This document shows positions 7,616-13,994 of a stretch of DNA of 13,994 nt, one piece after another (positions within the stretch are counted from its first letter, which is position 1; each line of letters opens with the position of its first letter). Origin of the DNA: a virus (lineage: Duplodnaviria > Heunggongvirae > Uroviricota > Caudoviricetes); IMG/VR virus record IMGVR_UViG_2585427783_000004; one strand, given 5' to 3'. A program made the translations under genes and the position numbers. A model generated the notes under the pieces. The model ran no database searches. It was not told the DNA's origin and was given only the letters and a program-made list of their open reading frames with translations.

Positions 7616-8218
7616 TTAGTGCGTCACTGGTGCTTCTGGGATGCCGTTTTCGTTTAGTTCGGCAATAAAGCTGTTGTGAAGATCGGCAAGCACTTCTCGC
7701 CCAAACGAAGTGAGTGTTCCCTGTTCGACATCGAACATGTTGCTGTAAAAAATGATGGCATTCTTTGTTCCGACATCAACACCATATTTCTCGATCATTG
7801 CGCCCTCAATGTTGTTTGCCATAGCGAGGCGCTCTGCTACTGGATACAGCGGCATGGCGACGATGCCATTGGAATAAACAGAAACCACGGAATGATTGCC
7901 ACTGTCATCAATAATGCTGACGGTGCCGTTTTCCTCTCTCATTTCCAGCATGAATACTGTTGCGATCAGCCATCTCCACATAATGACGTTATGCTGTGAT
8001 GTGTAATCGAAATATCCCTGGTTGCCGCCATCGGCAATAGCGAGATGTATTGACATACCTTCATCTGGTTTATCGTCATAATCCCCGGCATCCAGACGAT
8101 TTACGGCATCAATATATGAGACGGCCTCAACGCGTTCTGTCATGCCATCGTTGCTGCGGTACATGATGTTTACGCCGCCAGGCGTTGCTTCTGCATGGAA
8201 AGTTAAGAAATTATTCAT
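7616..8218 (-). CDS. Hypothetical protein, 200 aa, immediately upstream of and co-oriented with the primase
   Basis: ATG at 8218 (MNNFLTFHAE...) with GAGG 7 nt upstream; 8-bp overlap with the preceding small gene. The ORF-track start at 8323 is an upstream extension that would overlap the previous gene by more than 100 bp. Confidence 0.6.
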   Translation of the reverse strand: MNNFLTFHAEATPGGVNIMYRSNDGMTERVEAVSYIDAVNRLDAGDYDDKPDEGMSIHLAIADGGNQGYFDYTSQHNVIMWRWLIATVFMLEMREENGTVSIIDDSGNHSVVSVYSNGIVAMPLYPVAERLAMANNIEGAMIEKYGVDVGTKNAIIFYSNMFDVEQGTLTSFGREVLADLHNSFIAELNENGIPEAPVTH

Positions 8219-8432
8219 GTTTCGCCTCGCCTGAATGATTCTGTAACTCATATTTGCCCAACAATTCGTCCGCTTCCTGAATAGCTTCTGGTACGCCATT
8301 GAGCAGTGACATAACCGCGCCAATCATTAACTTGTCTCTGTTGCTTGGGCTGGCCCCTTCAAGCCAGAACCCTAAAACAGTCTGAACCTGTTCGATGCGA
8401 CATTGCGCTTCAATGAGCTGGATGTTGGTCAT
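8211..8432 (-). CDS. Hypothetical small protein, 73 aa
   Basis: ATG at 8432 with GGAGAG 6 nt upstream; ATGA overlap with the preceding gene stop (8429-8432). Confidence 0.55.
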   Translation of the reverse strand: MTNIQLIEAQCRIEQVQTVLGFWLEGASPSNRDKLMIGAVMSLLNGVPEAIQEADELLGKYELQNHSGEAKHE

Positions 8433-8692
8433 TTCGCACTCTCCACATCGATTAAACTGATATCTATCAGGGAGGTAACTTTTTGTAGCCAGCTATTGAT
8501 TACTGTCGCCTGTTCCCCTCCCACCGAGGGAATAATCTCATTCATCACATGAACCAGACCTGTGCGCGCTCTGGTAAGCCGTTCAGTCGCGCAATCTGCG
8601 GGAGTGAATGTGTCTGGATATGGCTCTTCGCGCCCCAGCAATGATTCAATTTCCAGCTCACACGGATGACGATAAATTAAGTTGATATTCAT
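8429..8692 (-). CDS. Hypothetical small protein, 87 aa
   Basis: ATG at 8692; ATGA overlap with the upstream gene stop; part of the chain of overlapping genes. Confidence 0.55.
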   Translation of the reverse strand: MNINLIYRHPCELEIESLLGREEPYPDTFTPADCATERLTRARTGLVHVMNEIIPSVGGEQATVINSWLQKVTSLIDISLIDVESAK

Positions 8693-8883
8693 TTTTCACC
8701 ACCAAGAATTACCAGCTCTGCACGGGCATCGTTAACCAAAGATGAGCACGCTTTAATCGCATCCACGACATCAGCAGCGTCCATTTCTTCAGCCGAAAGA
8801 CTGACAGCAACCAGGACAGCCGCTGCTTGCTCGATTAATTGAAGTGCGGACGTAAGGCGAGGGGTATTAATTGAGTTATTCAT
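8689..8883 (-). CDS. Hypothetical small protein, 64 aa
   Basis: ATG at 8883 preceded by GGGGG about 6 nt upstream; 8-bp overlap with the upstream gene. Confidence 0.5.
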   Translation of the reverse strand: MNNSINTPRLTSALQLIEQAAAVLVAVSLSAEEMDAADVVDAIKACSSLVNDARAELVILGGEK

Positions 8884-9094
8884 TGGTTGCCCCCGTTTTT
8901 ACTGGCATTTCGCCACCTTCCAGCAGGAAATGAACGTCACGAACGGCGAGATCCAATATCGCGAGTAACGCCTTCAGTCTTTCGTCTCGTGAGGGAGAGT
9001 TGCTCACCAGAATGTCGTTAATCACTTCTGTCAGTGTGATGATCTGGCTTGTGCGTTCGAGGGGATCCATATGCACATCGTAGGTTTTAATCAT
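8876..9094 (-). CDS. Hypothetical small protein, 72 aa
   Basis: ATG at 9094 preceded by GGAGGTG at ideal spacing; the start overlaps the stop of the upstream 64-aa gene (CATGATTAA). Confidence 0.55.
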   Translation of the reverse strand: MIKTYDVHMDPLERTSQIITLTEVINDILVSNSPSRDERLKALLAILDLAVRDVHFLLEGGEMPVKTGATNE

Positions 9095-9281
9095 GTGCCA
9101 CCTCCATGCGGATACGACCAGCAAAAAAGCAGACGTGATCGCGCACCAGAGAACGGCGAGCATCGCGTTCAGACTCGGCAGCAATATGATGAATTTTGGC
9201 GGTAATTGTCGGGCAATCGCGGCGAACTGCGGCGATAATCCAGATAAATTGCGTTTTTTGGGTAGGGGTAGTAGCCAGCAT
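9087..9281 (-). CDS. Hypothetical small protein, 64 aa; first gene of the early operon that ends with the primase
   Basis: ATG at 9281 preceded by a perfect AAGGAGG 7 nt upstream. All seven Arg codons are CGC/CGT and Leu is CTG, whereas the overlapping frame of the 355-aa ORF is full of CTA/TTA/ATA/AGG/CGA here. Confidence 0.55.
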   Translation of the reverse strand: MLATTPTQKTQFIWIIAAVRRDCPTITAKIHHIAAESERDARRSLVRDHVCFFAGRIRMEVAHD

Positions 9282-9477
9282 GTGGCAGCCTCCTTCAGAT
9301 AGCAGGTTACGCTACCACCGGAAACGCCAATTTCGCTGGTGGTAGCCCAGACAGGGTTGGCGTAACCGGCTCTGAAGGATACCGGCGCTTCCGAAGAAGC
9401 CCCCGCCTGAGCCACCATTGATTGACAAAGGCGCTGGATTATACACCAACGCCCAAAAAATGGGTGAGTCAGACCTA
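9282..9477 (-). promoter_or_regulatory. Promoter plus structured 5' leader of the early operon
   Basis: Minus-strand TATAAT at 9443->9438 (no good -35). Downstream leader has a UUCG-tetraloop hairpin (GCUUC-UUCG-GAAGC, 9400->9387) and a 9-bp stem hairpin (GCUACCACC ... GGUGGUAGC, 9346->9311) before the SD at about 9290. Confidence 0.35.
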
Positions 9478-9513
9478 CGACATAAAAAAAGACGCTTGGC
9501 GCGTCATATGTCG
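9478..9513 (-). terminator. Candidate rho-independent terminator at the end of the alpA-side transcription unit
   Basis: Minus strand: stem GACGC / GCGUC (5 bp, 5-nt loop) followed by U7 (9490->9484), nested inside a larger inverted repeat CGACAT ... ATGTCG (9478-9483 / 9508-9513). Confidence 0.4.
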
Positions 9514-9943
9514 CCTTCAGAATTTTTAGGACGCCAATCCCGGCACCCGTTTTATGAGGTGCCTTATAACCATAAACCGTGTTGCCGCATAACGGCAAGC
9601 TCTTTTTTATGGACTCCGAAAACTCACTATTGGAAGAACCAGAAGCACAGTACATCGCGCTCATTTCGTTAACGTCACGCGCGTGGACGAAGGTTTTTGT
9701 GGAGTCACTACACGAGCAGAGAAAGCCATCTACGACCAGAAATTCTCTGGCATAGCCGCTGACCTTCTCAACGCTAACACCATCGACCGTAATTTCTGAC
9801 ATAGTTAAGGCATCCGCTCCTACCACCAGCAAATGATAAACTTTGCTTGTATCTGCTGTATTAATGTCTGACTTTGCTGTCATATTGCTGGATTTTGGCG
9901 ACATACCAGCCAGTGAAAATATCTTCTTCTGGGCGGTTAGCAT
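9514..9943 (-). other. Open frame with a plausible start (GGAGG + ATG at 9943) but no in-frame stop before the terminator and promoter; possible decayed gene or chance open frame
   Basis: SD GGAGG 7 nt upstream of the ATG at 9943 and protein-like composition for about 120 codons, but the frame runs through a terminator, a promoter, leader hairpins and a better-supported gene in another frame without any stop. Confidence 0.25.
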
Positions 9944-10119
9944 TTGTTAACCTCCGCGAACTCCTTCATGAAACGTGCCAGCGGTTGTACGCATGGCGAT
10001 TGATACCCGTCGCGATAAAACGTCACTCGGTTGTGAGACACGCTTTCGACAGTAACGAGTGCTCCGTGGGCATCTTTGTAGCGTTTTTGAGGTTGTGGTG
10101 TTCCTGTCGGCTTAAACAT
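9937..10119 (-). CDS. Hypothetical small protein, 60 aa
   Basis: ATG at 10119 (MFKPTGT...) preceded by GGAGG 6 nt upstream; the start overlaps the stop of the antirepressor-like gene (ATGTTTAA). The ORF-track start at 10206 is a non-coupled upstream extension. Confidence 0.45.
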   Translation of the reverse strand: MFKPTGTPQPQKRYKDAHGALVTVESVSHNRVTFYRDGYQSPCVQPLARFMKEFAEVNKC

Positions 10120-10945
10120 GGACCGCCTCCAGACGCTTGGCGAGCCAGCGTTGCGACAGGCGGGGGAGTTCTCCTTTGCGCTGCTCATATTCCATGCCCA
10201 TATCAATTAACGTGATATTGGTGCTTTCGAGATATGAGAGGTGCTCAAGCTGTTCTGCGTTCATATGGTCGCGAGGTTCGCCAGAATAGCCATTTATCCG
10301 CGCCCACTGCTTAGCAGTTAGCCCACCAAGAACGATACGAGAAATCATATTGCTCTCGTTTGTGTAGTGGTGTTGCTGCGTCGTTTTCCCCATCTCGGCA
10401 CGGGCCATATTCAGCGCATCGCACATTGGCTTGAAGTTGTTTGCGGCACTGATACGGGCTTTTAGCTGGCGACGATAGCGGGCGGCGATTTCAGGCACGC
10501 TACGCTGTAATTCTTTCTCGCACTGGATGAAATAACGGCGGATAGCGCGACCCTGATCATTGCGTTCGATCATTGCCAGTTCTTTCGCCATTCCGACACT
10601 TAACAGATAGTCTTTGCCGGGTCTGCCAGACTGCTTAATCTTGCTGTAAGCCGCGTCATTCGGGCTTTTCCCCAAATTTGGGGAAATTGTTTTATGGACT
10701 GAGTAATCGTGCCCAATGGTGAAGTCATATTCAGAGATGCGATCAGTGATCCATGTAGAGAAGTCTTTTCCCACGCCCAACGCTTTGTGTAACGCTTTTG
10801 CGCTAACAATATTGGTTTCACGCCCGCCTATATGACCAGAAATAACCGGGACAATTGCGGCAAATTCATTACCGTTAATTGTGCCCAGAGAGGCGTTCAG
10901 ATGAGGGGCGGCCTCAGAAATTAATCTGCTTTTTTCGATGTTCAT
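10112..10945 (-). CDS. Phage antirepressor-like protein with N-terminal AntA/AntB-type domain, 277 aa
   Basis: ATG at 10945 with GGAGA 6 nt upstream. The N-terminal region (SAKALHKALGVGKDFSTWI...GRPGKDYLLSVGMAKELAMIE...GRAIRRYFIQCE) matches the conserved AntA-domain pattern as I recall it. Confidence 0.65.
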   Translation of the reverse strand: MNIEKSRLISEAAPHLNASLGTINGNEFAAIVPVISGHIGGRETNIVSAKALHKALGVGKDFSTWITDRISEYDFTIGHDYSVHKTISPNLGKSPNDAAYSKIKQSGRPGKDYLLSVGMAKELAMIERNDQGRAIRRYFIQCEKELQRSVPEIAARYRRQLKARISAANNFKPMCDALNMARAEMGKTTQQHHYTNESNMISRIVLGGLTAKQWARINGYSGEPRDHMNAEQLEHLSYLESTNITLIDMGMEYEQRKGELPRLSQRWLAKRLEAVHV

Positions 10946-10957
10946 TTTTAGTCTCCG

Positions 10958-11389
10958 TTAGGCGGCGTTAAACGCGTCCGGGTAGAGTTTCAGAATGTCG
11001 GCAATTTCCTGCTGAGAAAGTCCGTTGTGATCATTTATGTTCGCAAGATGGTTAACATGAGTGATCACTTTCAGAACATCACCACGGCAGGAGAAACGGT
11101 AGCGAAGGTGTGTTCCGATACCATCAGGATTCTTTTCGTCGATACGCTCCAGAGTGATTCCAAGCTGGCGTTCTAACTCTGTTGCATAGTTACGACCAGA
11201 AGACAGACGGCAGTAGCGAAGAATGTCATTTTCTGTCCATCCCTCTATACCAGTACGCAGCATATAGACTCGGGCACGATGCTTTTTCGGTGTGCGCTTT
11301 GGTGCTTGAAGGGATTTTGTAAGGGGCGTAATATCAGATACGCGAATATCTGAATTAGCCGCCTGTAATGGGCGGTTTTTCTTTTCCAT
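10958..11389 (-). CDS. Hypothetical protein, 143 aa, basic N-terminus; function unknown
   Basis: ATG at 11389 overlaps the alpA stop (ATGA); no stop for 143 codons; conventional codon usage. Confidence 0.6.
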   Translation of the reverse strand: MEKKNRPLQAANSDIRVSDITPLTKSLQAPKRTPKKHRARVYMLRTGIEGWTENDILRYCRLSSGRNYATELERQLGITLERIDEKNPDGIGTHLRYRFSCRGDVLKVITHVNHLANINDHNGLSQQEIADILKLYPDAFNAA

Positions 11390-11607
11390 CAGGCCACCTT
11401 CCCGCGGCGTTCTGCCAGCCAGTTATTAATTTCCACCGCATCAAACGCAGTCACGTTATCTGTTAGCTTCACTGGGCGTGGAAGAGTGCCATTTTTAACC
11501 CATCTATCAATAGTAGGCAGTGAAACACCTAGCAATTCCGGCATGCGAAAGCGACGGATGTATCCAGTTGTTGGGATAGCTGATGATGCTGGCTTGTGTA
11601 CTGTCAT
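11389..11607 (-). CDS. alpA: AlpA-family (excisionase-like, MerR-type HTH) transcriptional regulator, 72 aa
   Basis: ATG at 11607. Small protein with the motif MPELLGVSLPTIDRWVKNGTLPRPVKL...AFDAVEINNWL typical of AlpA/Xis-type regulators found next to P4-type integrases. Confidence 0.75.
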   Translation of the reverse strand: MTVHKPASSAIPTTGYIRRFRMPELLGVSLPTIDRWVKNGTLPRPVKLTDNVTAFDAVEINNWLAERRGKVA

Positions 11608-12078
11608 GTCTCTAGTAACCTCTCTGATAGCTCATGAAGTTACTTAAAGTTTAGTGGTTGCCCATACAGTATTTCTATTAAGACTAGAATCTATTGAAAG
11701 AAATTATAAATCTATTGAAAAAATACCGATCCACTGAAAGATTGCAAATGCAGGTGGGATAATTATTTTCTTTATTTTCAATTAGTTACCAGTTTAAAAA
11801 ATCATTGTTTTATCAAAGAGTTATATCTTTCATCGTCATTCATCATGTTTTTACATTTCTTTTTATCTTTTATTATTCAATTGGTTGAGTCGGTTTATAA
11901 TGGCTCATGATGGCTTAAAATGGCTAATGATAGCTGGCGTATCTTTTAGAGATGGGGTGATTACAGATGAACTAAGCCGAACAGATATAGCAATGGCTAG
12001 GCATAGAATTATCTATGCTGGTGGAGATGGGTAAACAGGTAATGCCCCGCCATTGCTTTGGAGGGGCGTGAAAAGTGA
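11608..12078 (-). promoter_or_regulatory. AT-rich intergenic control region upstream of alpA, carrying repeat motifs
   Basis: 470 bp with no ORF of 60 aa or more, strongly AT-rich with A/T tracts. Contains direct repeats AATCTATTGAAA (11688-11699 and 11709-11720), a 7-bp-arm palindrome GCATAGA-atta-TCTATGC (12001-12018) and the phased array at 11901-11938. Confidence 0.4.
11901..11938. repeat. Helically phased tandem 10-bp repeats TGGCTnAnnA (3 good copies plus 1 degenerate)
   Basis: tggctcatga / tggcttaaaa / tggctaatga / tagctggcgt read directly from the sequence; 10-bp periodicity places copies on one DNA face. Confidence 0.45.
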
Positions 12079-12729
12079 TTAGTCGAGATCGTGGACAGCT
12101 AATAAAGCCCGTGAGATTTTTTCTAGGAATGTGGCTTTTGCTATTCCTTTATGGGATATCCCTTCATCCTTGATTAAGGTTTCTATGTCACGGTATATAG
12201 CTGTGCGATTAGGTTTCCCATTTTGGATGTAGGAAGATGAGCCTGATTTTTTTATCAGCAGATGTACTATCAACCCCATCATTTTCATTGTCCCGTTTTC
12301 CTCATCCTGCTTTCTATGCTGCCCACGTCCGCTGCGGTTGGTTTCTTTGATGTAGTTTACTAACTGGAGTCCTCCAAGGTTTCGGGCTTTTTCTTCCCAG
12401 CCCTTGGTGCCACGCAAATCATCAATCGCTTCTGATATTTTCTGAACAATTATTTCTGGTGTATTTGTGTCAATAAATGGGTAAGAAGCTAAGAAAATAT
12501 CAAGGGCATGGCAAGGCTCATCTTTACTAGTTTTTTCACCTCTGTACACCTTGATAGCTCTGGCAAGATGAGTTCTGACAAAATCGACATATTCGAAATT
12601 TTCCTCAGGCACATCGCTAATGCGCATAGATGGGTTTAGGCCAGCCAAGGCCACAGCCATTTCATGAGGGGTAATCGATACAGATGAACAAAGCCGTTCG
12701 ATTGGCGATTTTCTCAAGATGTTGTTCAC
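12079..12729 (-). CDS. Hypothetical protein, 216 aa, translationally coupled to the integrase; AT-rich cargo gene of unknown function
   Basis: GTG start at 12729 overlapping the integrase stop (GTGA) with a strong GGAGG 5 nt upstream; TAA at 12079-12081. Visibly lower GC than neighbouring genes. No family recognised. Confidence 0.6.
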   Translation of the reverse strand: MNNILRKSPIERLCSSVSITPHEMAVALAGLNPSMRISDVPEENFEYVDFVRTHLARAIKVYRGEKTSKDEPCHALDIFLASYPFIDTNTPEIIVQKISEAIDDLRGTKGWEEKARNLGGLQLVNYIKETNRSGRGQHRKQDEENGTMKMMGLIVHLLIKKSGSSSYIQNGKPNRTAIYRDIETLIKDEGISHKGIAKATFLEKISRALLAVHDLD

Positions 12730-13994
12730 ATTTGCCTCCGGGCTTTATCGAATGGCGTTACGTTGTAGTCTTTCCCGCTTTCCAGTGCCACCAGCAGATC
12801 TGCCCACTGTGCCAGTGCTGCTTTACGCTCATCAAAATACTGATGACGGTTATAAATCCCCTCTACGCCCTTAATGCGATGATTGAGGCATCGTTCCGCC
12901 ACGACAGGATCAACACCCAATGCTGCTAAATGAGTACGTGCGGTGCGTCGGAAGTCGTGAATCGTGAAATTAGGCACATCCGGCATTTCGGCGCGAACCT
13001 TAGCCAGTGCTACGGGTAAAGTGCTTTCCTGAATATGTGGGATCATTCTGTTTTGCATCTTCCTGGCCGGAAGCACCCATGCGCTATTACATGAAAAGGT
13101 GTGTAGCTCTCTCAACCATTCAACGGCTGGGGAAGGTAGAGGTATATCAATAGGGTCTCCGTTTTTGCTGCGTTCTTCCGGCAAATGCCATACCGCACCA
13201 TCTAAATCAAACTCTTCCCATCGTGCGGCGCATAACTCCATCTTACGAACGCATAGTGCCAGCAATAGCTTAAATGTCAGTTCGTTCTGGCGGCTGAATC
13301 CTTTTGCGGTGCGCATAGCCTCGAATAGCCTGATAAGCTCATCGCGAGTTAGCCAACGGTCGCGGGAAACCTCTTTACCACCAGCATCAGATACTTCAAA
13401 CGCTGAACAAGGGTTTATCTCCAGAGCGTGGCGTTTTATCCCATAGTCAAAGATACGGCGTGTCCAGCGTAATACATCTGTTGCTATCGTTGGTGCTCCT
13501 CGGTCAACGATACCTTTTAACATGTCGTCAATGTGACGTGGCTTAACGTCCTCTACCTTCATATGCCCAATGCAGGGGTTAATATCCTTATCAATTCTCC
13601 GGCGAAGGATATCGGGATGTTTCCATCTCGGAAGTATCTGTCGCTCGAAGTATTCGGCGGCCAGATCTGAAACGCGCATGGCGTTTTTCTCAGCCTCCAT
13701 TTTTGCCAGTGCTTCAGCTTTTCGTTCCTGTTTTTCTGCTGCTACGTCATAGCCAAGAGCAACTCTGGCTGACAGCTCTTTTGCTGTTTCTCTGGCTTTT
13801 GATAGTGACAGTTCGGAGTAAGAGCCGATAACCATAGCCCGCTGTTTTCCTGCGAGCTTATATCGGAATCGCCAGAACGGGACTGTGTAGTTTTTGGGGT
13901 AGCAAATATAAAGGCCGTTGCCGTCTGCCTTGCCATCAAATCTGTCTCCCGCCTTTATCCATGCGCGGATCTGCATATCTGTGAGTTTTGGCAT
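12726..13994 (-). CDS. int: Tyrosine recombinase, P4-type phage integrase, 422 aa
   Basis: ATG at 13994 (window edge). N-terminal arm-binding region with RFRYKLAGKQRAMVIGSY...LSKARETAKEL, and C-terminal catalytic region with HDFRRTARTHLAALGV and a conserved Tyr (YNRHQY). Confidence 0.9.
   Translation of the reverse strand: MPKLTDMQIRAWIKAGDRFDGKADGNGLYICYPKNYTVPFWRFRYKLAGKQRAMVIGSYSELSLSKARETAKELSARVALGYDVAAEKQERKAEALAKMEAEKNAMRVSDLAAEYFERQILPRWKHPDILRRRIDKDINPCIGHMKVEDVKPRHIDDMLKGIVDRGAPTIATDVLRWTRRIFDYGIKRHALEINPCSAFEVSDAGGKEVSRDRWLTRDELIRLFEAMRTAKGFSRQNELTFKLLLALCVRKMELCAARWEEFDLDGAVWHLPEERSKNGDPIDIPLPSPAVEWLRELHTFSCNSAWVLPARKMQNRMIPHIQESTLPVALAKVRAEMPDVPNFTIHDFRRTARTHLAALGVDPVVAERCLNHRIKGVEGIYNRHQYFDERKAALAQWADLLVALESGKDYNVTPFDKARRQM

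Noticed and set aside
8220-8235. GGCGAGGCG on the minus strand, resembling the start of a P2/P4-type cos site
   Set aside because: Only a 9-nt partial match, from memory of the cos sequence, sitting inside a coding overlap; the rest of the cos consensus is absent.
7616-8323. Upstream extension of the 200-aa gene to 8323
   Set aside because: It would overlap the preceding 73-aa gene by more than 100 bp; the ATG at 8218 with GAGG upstream gives the usual short coupling overlap.
9093-9672. Plus-strand ORFs 9093-9302 and 9418-9672 and minus ORF 9087-9281 as competing calls
   Set aside because: The plus-strand ORFs overlap the leader and terminator region and have junk-like composition. The minus ORF 9087-9281 was kept as a real gene because of its perfect SD and codon usage.
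10600-10821. Nested minus-strand ORF within the antirepressor-like gene, and a partial TTTTATGGACT motif match at about 10691
   Set aside because: The ORF is embedded out of frame in a longer gene with a recognisable domain; the motif match is only 11 nt and inside coding sequence, so likely coincidental.
12684-13752. Plus-strand ORFs antisense to int and the 216-aa gene (12684-12929, 13099-13446, 13570-13752) and minus ORF 13742-13939
   Set aside because: Nested within or antisense to the integrase gene, Ser/Arg/Cys-rich low-complexity translations, no start signals.

Overview
The window holds two things. Positions 1-2502 are a partial IS66-family insertion sequence (tnpA-tnpB-tnpC on the minus strand; its far end lies beyond position 1). 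It has inserted into the 3' end of a gene belonging to a P4-like / PICI-type phage satellite island that fills the rest of the window (2503-13994). Every supported gene is on the minus strand. Reading in the direction of transcription (13994 down to 2503): a P4-type tyrosine integrase, a translationally coupled AT-rich cargo gene of unknown function (216 aa), a 470-bp AT-rich regulatory region with phased repeats, an AlpA-like regulator, a 143-aa unknown, an AntA-domain antirepressor-like protein, a terminator/promoter/structured-leader region, a tightly overlapping operon of six small genes ending in a P4 alpha-like primase/helicase, two arrays of GGTGGTACAGGT-type iterons bracketing a two-gene operon of unknown function, and a small putative regulator plus a Q/E/R-rich helical protein truncated by the IS. 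No rRNA, tRNA or CRISPR array was found; the att site and any tRNA must lie beyond 13994. The best candidates for an undescribed system are the integrase-coupled 216-aa gene and the iteron-bracketed 76+245-aa operon. All functional calls come from reading the translations and sequence by eye; no searches were run.
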